Assembly (NCBI GenBank): GCA_054661495.1
Contig: BAAFSQ010000061.1
Location: 15,661 to 47,660 of the forward strand
DNA from: Zygophlyctis sp. KS116
Lineage: Eukaryota; Fungi; Chytridiomycota
Reading direction: 5' to 3'
DNA: 32,000 bases
The notes beneath the pieces are model-generated. The model saw nothing but the letters and a program-made list of their open reading frames with translations, made no database searches and had not been told where the DNA came from. The position numbers and the translations under genes are program-made. Shown piece after piece: positions 26,808 through 32,000 of this stretch; the stretch's first letter is position 1; every line of letters begins with the position of its first letter.

Positions 26808-28027
26808 ATGACAATTGATCAGATCCAGAGTTTGCCATTATTTGAGATTGAAGAGTCTTTTAATTCTCTGAAAGAGTTCTTCTTTTCAATGTATTATGAT
26901 GATAAATCATACCATACTAGACTGCATTTAGAGAATGATGCGATCAAGTGTCAAAATGAAGATCAAGCGCCTCTTGAGTTTGCAATGCAAGGAAATGTAT
27001 GTATTACAAACTTATTTTTAGGATTTGCAAGTTGTATTCGATGGTAAAATAACAGCTATTTCTCCAGTGAATAAGATCAATATCGGCTTTACAGTAACCT
27101 CACTTGCTGTTTCTCACGATGGATCTTGGATTGCTATTGGAGGAGAGAATGGAAAACTTGGAATTTATAATTCACAGATGGCTTTGCAGGTAGAATGTAT
27201 TGGACATAAGAGCGATATTTCAATGACCAAATTCTTTCCTTCTGGTCAAGTTGTTTTATCTGGATCTATTGATATGTCTCTTAAAGTATGGGGAATGGAT
27301 GGAAGTAATCCAGTCACTTTAACAGGTCATACTAGAGCAATCACGGATGCTGAAATGGTTGATCGAGGTATGATTATTATCATGAACTAAGATTTAAGGA
27401 AGATTAATTTTATCTAGTTCTTTGGATGGAACTATTAAATTATGGCATATAGCTTCATCATCTGTATTACATACATTCTGTCCAACAGAAACTAGTGGAG
27501 TTACAACCATTAAGCTTTTAGATTGTCCGTGGTTAAATTCACCGAATGAACTTAAAGATGATCCTGAATTGGATTTAACTAGAAATAAACTTTTAGTGGT
27601 TGGAACAGTTGCAGGATATATTTACGGATTCAATCTTTACGATAAAAGTTTATTGTTTACAGCGTCTGTACCAGAGAATGTAAGAATTAGGAGCTTAGAT
27701 TGTTCTCTTGAATACTCAAGAATCTGGGTTGGTTTAGAAAATGGAGTTTTGGTTGTATTCTCTCTCAAGGAAGATTTTAAAGTTTGTATAGAATCTTTAT
27801 ACCGTCGTTCTAAATCTCCTCTTTTTATCTCGCATTTACCATGTAAGAACTCGCCTTGTCTCTGGTTATCTTGTAGTGATGGATCATGTGCATTATGGTC
27901 TTTTGAAAATAATCAAATTCTAAAAGAACTTGCTGTAAGTTCTACTCAATCATCATGCGTGTATGCATTTGGAGATGAAAGATTAGTATGTTCTGGATCA
28001 TCTGGGATTTTATATATGGAAAAATGA
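26808..28027 (+). CDS. RPN14: WD40 proteasome-assembly chaperone Rpn14/PAAF1
   Basis: GHKSDISMTKFFPSGQVVLSGSIDMSLKVW...GHTRAITDAEMVDRGRLILSSSLDGTIKLW matches the PAAF1 signature. Introns 26997-27021 and 27368-27398. Confidence 0.82.
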
Positions 28028-28143
28028 ATTACTAGATTGTAGTATTATAGTTTTGAGTTGACAAGATATTAAGAGACTAGGCCACAGGTGTCACGTATTG
28101 ACAAACAATAAACAAACTAGAGTTGAGTTCTTACACAAGGAAA

Positions 28144-29401
28144 ATGACGATAGGCTCTCAGCTTATGGAAAGAATAAAGTATTATAGTGGATATCCGCAG
28201 ACTTCAGTTTCATTATCGCAAATGGTAAAGTTTGGACAGAATTTAGATCCGATTAAATTACTCAAGGGAAGTAAGTTTGTTCATAGAGAACTTCCTGTGC
28301 GGCTGGCCCATAGAGTGGTAGAATTAGAGAATCTTCCCCATAACTTGTCTGCGATGCCATCCATCTTGACTGTCAAAAGATGGTATACAGAGTCGTTTAG
28401 AGATTTAATGGAACTTCCGGAATACAAATTGGACTCATCGTTTGAATTAGAAAAGTCGAAATATTTTTCTGAAAAGCCAGAAACTCTTCCTCTGCCTGAG
28501 GGGGCTGCAGATTACATAAAGACTTTTACTAAAACAATTGAAATTATAAAGAAACGGCACGATCCGACACAAATGACAATTGCTCAGGGAATACTAGAAT
28601 TAAAAGATTATCGATCAAAAAATGTAAAACAAACAGTAGGGGATGATGAAAGACTTCCGGCATCAGTACAGTCTTTTTTAGATCGTTTTTATCTCTCAAG
28701 AATTGGAATTAGAATGTTGATTGGACAACATGTTGCTCTGACTAAATCTTACTTTGATCCAGCTTCTACTCCAAAGGATTATGTTGGAATAATTTGCACA
28801 AAAACAAACATTGGACATATTGGTATTTTGCATATTGTATTTAATTCAAAGCTCAAGAAGCAATAGATAATGCAAGGTTTATATGTCAGGAATACTATGG
28901 ATTATATGATGCACCTCAAGTAAAATTAATGGGAACTCCAAATATATCATTTATGTATGTTCCGTCACATCTACATCAAATGCTTTTTGAACTGTTGAAA
29001 AATTCACTTCGAGCTGTGGTTGAAAGGTTTGGAACGGATTCTGAAGAATTTCCTGAAATAAGACTGGTGATTGTTGAAGGAAATGAGGATATTACAGTCA
29101 GTAAGATTTAATTTTTTCAACTTTTTTAGAAATTTCAGATGAAGGCGGTGGGATTCCCAGATCTGATCTTTCTCTAATTTGGACTTATATGTATACAACA
29201 GCAGATAATCCTATGAAAAATGATTCTTATTCTGGATCATATGTTGTACCTATGGCTGGATATGGATATGGGCTTCCGATTTCTAGACTTTATGCTTCAT
29301 ATTTTGGAGGAAATTTAAATTTGATATCAATGGAAGGATTTGGGACTGATGCATACCTCCATCTTCGTAGATTAAGTGACTCTGATGAACCTCTTACTTG
29401 A
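28144..29401 (+). CDS. Mitochondrial alpha-ketoacid dehydrogenase kinase (PDK/BCKDK family)
   Basis: ELPVRLAHRV, FLDRFYLSRIGIRMLIGQH, FELLKNSLRA, ISDEGGGI, MAGYGYGLPISRLYA.YFGG, EGFGTD. Introns 28823-28851 and 29101-29129. Confidence 0.94.
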
Positions 29402-29447
29402 AAAAATACTGCTAAATTTCATTTTTTGGTGAAAACAAAAAAACCAT

Positions 29448-30003
29448 CTACTCTCCCAATGAGATTTTCTTGTGAGAGAAATCTTGCGTTTTTGGTATTT
29501 TCACCTCCAACAATCCATTTTCTGATTTGGCTTCTACTTTCTGAGCATCAATACCGGATGGAAGACGAACTATTTTACGAAATCGTCCGATTGCTCTTTC
29601 ACGAACTCTAGACGATGCAGATTCAAAGCCTTGAACGCCTTTATGATTCCCTTGAATAATCAATTCATCATTGAACACGTCTATATTGATTTCTTCTTTC
29701 GGGACTTGTGTGATTAAAAGTCTTAATTACCTCCTGGAAGATCACAATGCACTACAACATGTGCATCGGTCTCGTAGATATCAGTTGCCGGACGCCAAAG
29801 TAAATCCCCATCAGCTGTTTGAATAACTCTTATCTAATTAATGATATCAATTACCTCGAAGCAACATGTCTTGGAAATCTACTTGCAATATCCATTCCTA
29901 ATGGCGCTGAGAGTCTAGAAACCACTGGAGAGAATCCAGTAAAATCAAATGTAGGATCATAAAAGGGATCAAAAGTAGAAGAAGATACTGGCCACAAGCT
30001 CAT
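29448..30003 (-). CDS. HSP20: Small heat-shock protein (HSP20/alpha-crystallin family)
   Basis: WRPATDIYET, DLPGVPKEEI, RERAIGRFRK..RLP, AKSENGLLEVKIPK. Introns 29829-29854 and 29705-29730. Confidence 0.92.
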
Positions 30004-30079
30004 TTTTTTTAAAACTCTGAAAAGCTTCTCAGTCACTCTTAAATATTAAAAACTCTCTAGCTTTTTTGGGGAGACAGCA

Positions 30080-30913
30080 ATGACGACATCAAACAATATG
30101 AAATTAAACAAGATCAAACCCATCTTTTCAAATTCTAAAAAACAAAATGATACAGCTATTGAAGACTCATTCTCTGATTCTAGTGACAATGACTTTATTC
30201 AAATTGTAAAGAAATTATATGCAAACCAAGGAATTTCTGAATTTTCGGATAATGAGATCAGTAAATGGTTAATTGCATCTGATTTAGATGTAAAAAAGGC
30301 TATAGAATCTATAAATGAAACTTTATCATGGAGAAAAACAATACAAATACAATCTATAATACATCATGATTATTCGGACATGTCCGAACTTGGTAAAATA
30401 GTACTAAAAGGAAAATCATTAGATGGATCTCTTTTACTATGGTGGATTGGTAATAAAAACCAATGGTCAAATTCAAAAGACAGAGAAATAAAGTATTTCA
30501 TTCACTTGATTGAAAAATCACGAAAAGAAGATTCCTCACTCTCAAAATTAACTCTAGTGTATGATTTAAATGGAACAAAATCTGAAAAATCCGATATAAA
30601 CTTGATATTTAGCATCTTGGAAATTCTAGGAAAACATTTTCCTGAAAGTCTAAGTCGAATTTTTATTTTTCCAAAATCATCATTTACCTCTATGTTTATG
30701 AAAATGTCACCAGTCAATTTAAAACCAGAAATTTTGTCTAGAATAACTATATCTTCTGGCCCTGAAACTTTATTTGCTTGTATTAGTACTGATAATATTC
30801 TAACAAAATATGGAGGAAATCTATCATTACCTGCATTAACTGAAACAACACCTGCATTACCTATAAAACCCATCATTGAACAAATTTGGGTTGCACCTGA
30901 TGATCTATTGTAA
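30080..30913 (+). CDS. CRAL-TRIO (Sec14/MOSPD2-like) lipid-binding protein
   Basis: KWLIA...DVKKA......TLSWR, LVYDLNG, HFPESLSRIFI, YGG. Confidence 0.82.
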   Translation: MTTSNNMKLNKIKPIFSNSKKQNDTAIEDSFSDSSDNDFIQIVKKLYANQGISEFSDNEISKWLIASDLDVKKAIESINETLSWRKTIQIQSIIHHDYSDMSELGKIVLKGKSLDGSLLLWWIGNKNQWSNSKDREIKYFIHLIEKSRKEDSSLSKLTLVYDLNGTKSEKSDINLIFSILEILGKHFPESLSRIFIFPKSSFTSMFMKMSPVNLKPEILSRITISSGPETLFACISTDNILTKYGGNLSLPALTETTPALPIKPIIEQIWVAPDDLL

Positions 30914-30943
30914 ACCTTGTCATTGGTAGATATAATCTTTAGA

Positions 30944-31513
30944 ATGGAAAATTATAAATTTAAATCTTTGGAATCTCAATTATCTACAGATTTCAAAGTC
31001 CCTAAAAGACTAAACTCCCGTCCTAATTTCAATAATTTAGATTTATATACAAATTTCATTAGAGATTATGATATTCCTGAATTACAAGTAGAAAATGAAT
31101 TTAAAATTGACTATCTAGAATTAAGGAATATACAAAATAGAGATTGGGCAATTTATCTAGTTTCTCAAGGAGTAGATTTCGCAAACTCTAATGATTATGA
31201 AAAGGCTTTTATCAAGTATAAAACTGCTCTAGATCTTGATAATGAATGTGTTTCTGCTTGGATAGCACAAGGAATAGCATATGCAAACAATCGACAATAT
31301 ACAGATGCAATTAAAAACTTTAAAAAGGCATTAGAAATAAATCCAAATCATTCAAAAGCTCTGGAATTTCTCAAAAGTACAAAATCCTTTTATAATAATT
31401 TGGAATTGGAAAGAGAATCTGCATACTCTGGTGAATTTCTATTATCAAGTGATTATGATTCAAAATCACAAACAGAAAAAGAATTCAAATTAACTAGCAA
31501 TCTATTTCTCTAA
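30944..31513 (+). CDS. TPR protein, TTC14-like
   Basis: LRNIQNRDWA..LV..GV followed by TPR repeats (AWIAQGIAYAN...AIKNFKKALEINPNH). Confidence 0.75.
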   Translation: MENYKFKSLESQLSTDFKVPKRLNSRPNFNNLDLYTNFIRDYDIPELQVENEFKIDYLELRNIQNRDWAIYLVSQGVDFANSNDYEKAFIKYKTALDLDNECVSAWIAQGIAYANNRQYTDAIKNFKKALEINPNHSKALEFLKSTKSFYNNLELERESAYSGEFLLSSDYDSKSQTEKEFKLTSNLFL

Positions 31514-31515
31514 AA

Positions 31516-31706
31516 TTACAAGTGATCTTTATCTAAAATGCTATAGTAATTTTCTTCATCTAGAGGATCATTTTCAAATCCCAAATCATAATTCATATGA
31601 GCTGTTTGTGTTGAAGATTCTAAATCATAAACCATTTCAGTTGGTTTCTTGACATTTTTTAATGAAGAATTCTAAGTTTTTACTTCAACTGTCTTACAGA
31701 GTCCAT
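31516..31706 (-). CDS. Putative small acidic protein (54 aa, two exons)
   Basis: caaATG GAC TCT, then a 26-nt gtaag...cttag intron (31672-31697), then a 156-nt exon ending TAA. No family recognised. Confidence 0.4.
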
Positions 31707-31862
31707 TTGTAGAGTGCAAAATTAAATTTAACAGTTTGACCTACTGATATCTATCGACTCAAACAGTCACTCTGATTGCATTGTGTTGACAATCTTTAAA
31801 TAGATTCCACCGCTGATTCTAAACTAAGATAACGGTTCTATTTATATCTTTAAAAAATAAAT

Positions 31863-32000
31863 ATGAAAATGATTTCAATGATTAATTTTGCATTATTGCC
31901 TCTACTCAGTTTAGCTCAAAGGGTGACGAGAGGCAATTATTTTAGAAGCAATACTAATATCCCTTCAATAAACATTCCTGCTCTTTCTCGTGAATGCCAG
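31863..32000 (+). CDS. 5' end of a putative secreted protein (runs off window)
   Basis: MKMISMINFALLPLLSLAQ... is signal-peptide-like and the frame is open to the window end. Confidence 0.5.
   Translation, partial: MKMISMINFALLPLLSLAQRVTRGNYFRSNTNIPSINIPALSRECQ

Noticed and set aside
30004-30079. Heat-shock element upstream of HSP20
   Set aside because: GAAAAGCTTC spacing does not fit alternating nGAAn units; no canonical triple HSE is visible.

Overview
Eukaryotic, very AT-rich (roughly 30% GC by eye), extremely compact nuclear DNA. The gene content (ARG5,6 fusion, PRS5-type PRPP synthetase, TDA10, PER1, RRP7, plus Rap1GAP-like and ERICH2-like genes) points to an early-diverging, probably chytrid-like fungus; this is inference. 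About 24 protein-coding genes fill the window. I reconstructed 42 GT-AG introns by hand, all 23-35 nt and 12 of them ending in AAG, which explains the fragmented ORF track. Several same-strand genes are only 23-30 nt apart. The main novelty is a 1.5-kb island between PRP22 and RRP7. It carries an intact, intron-containing, signal-peptide-bearing homolog of the violaxanthin de-epoxidase (VDE/VDL) lipocalin family, normally associated with photosynthetic eukaryotes, next to a decayed aquaporin fragment. Also notable: a 19 x 27-bp Ser-Gln repeat in DIS3L2, strong TCTAGA enrichment in the first 6 kb, and intron-like segments that could splice out stop codons between adjacent genes. No RNA genes, CRISPR arrays or recognisable transposons were seen.
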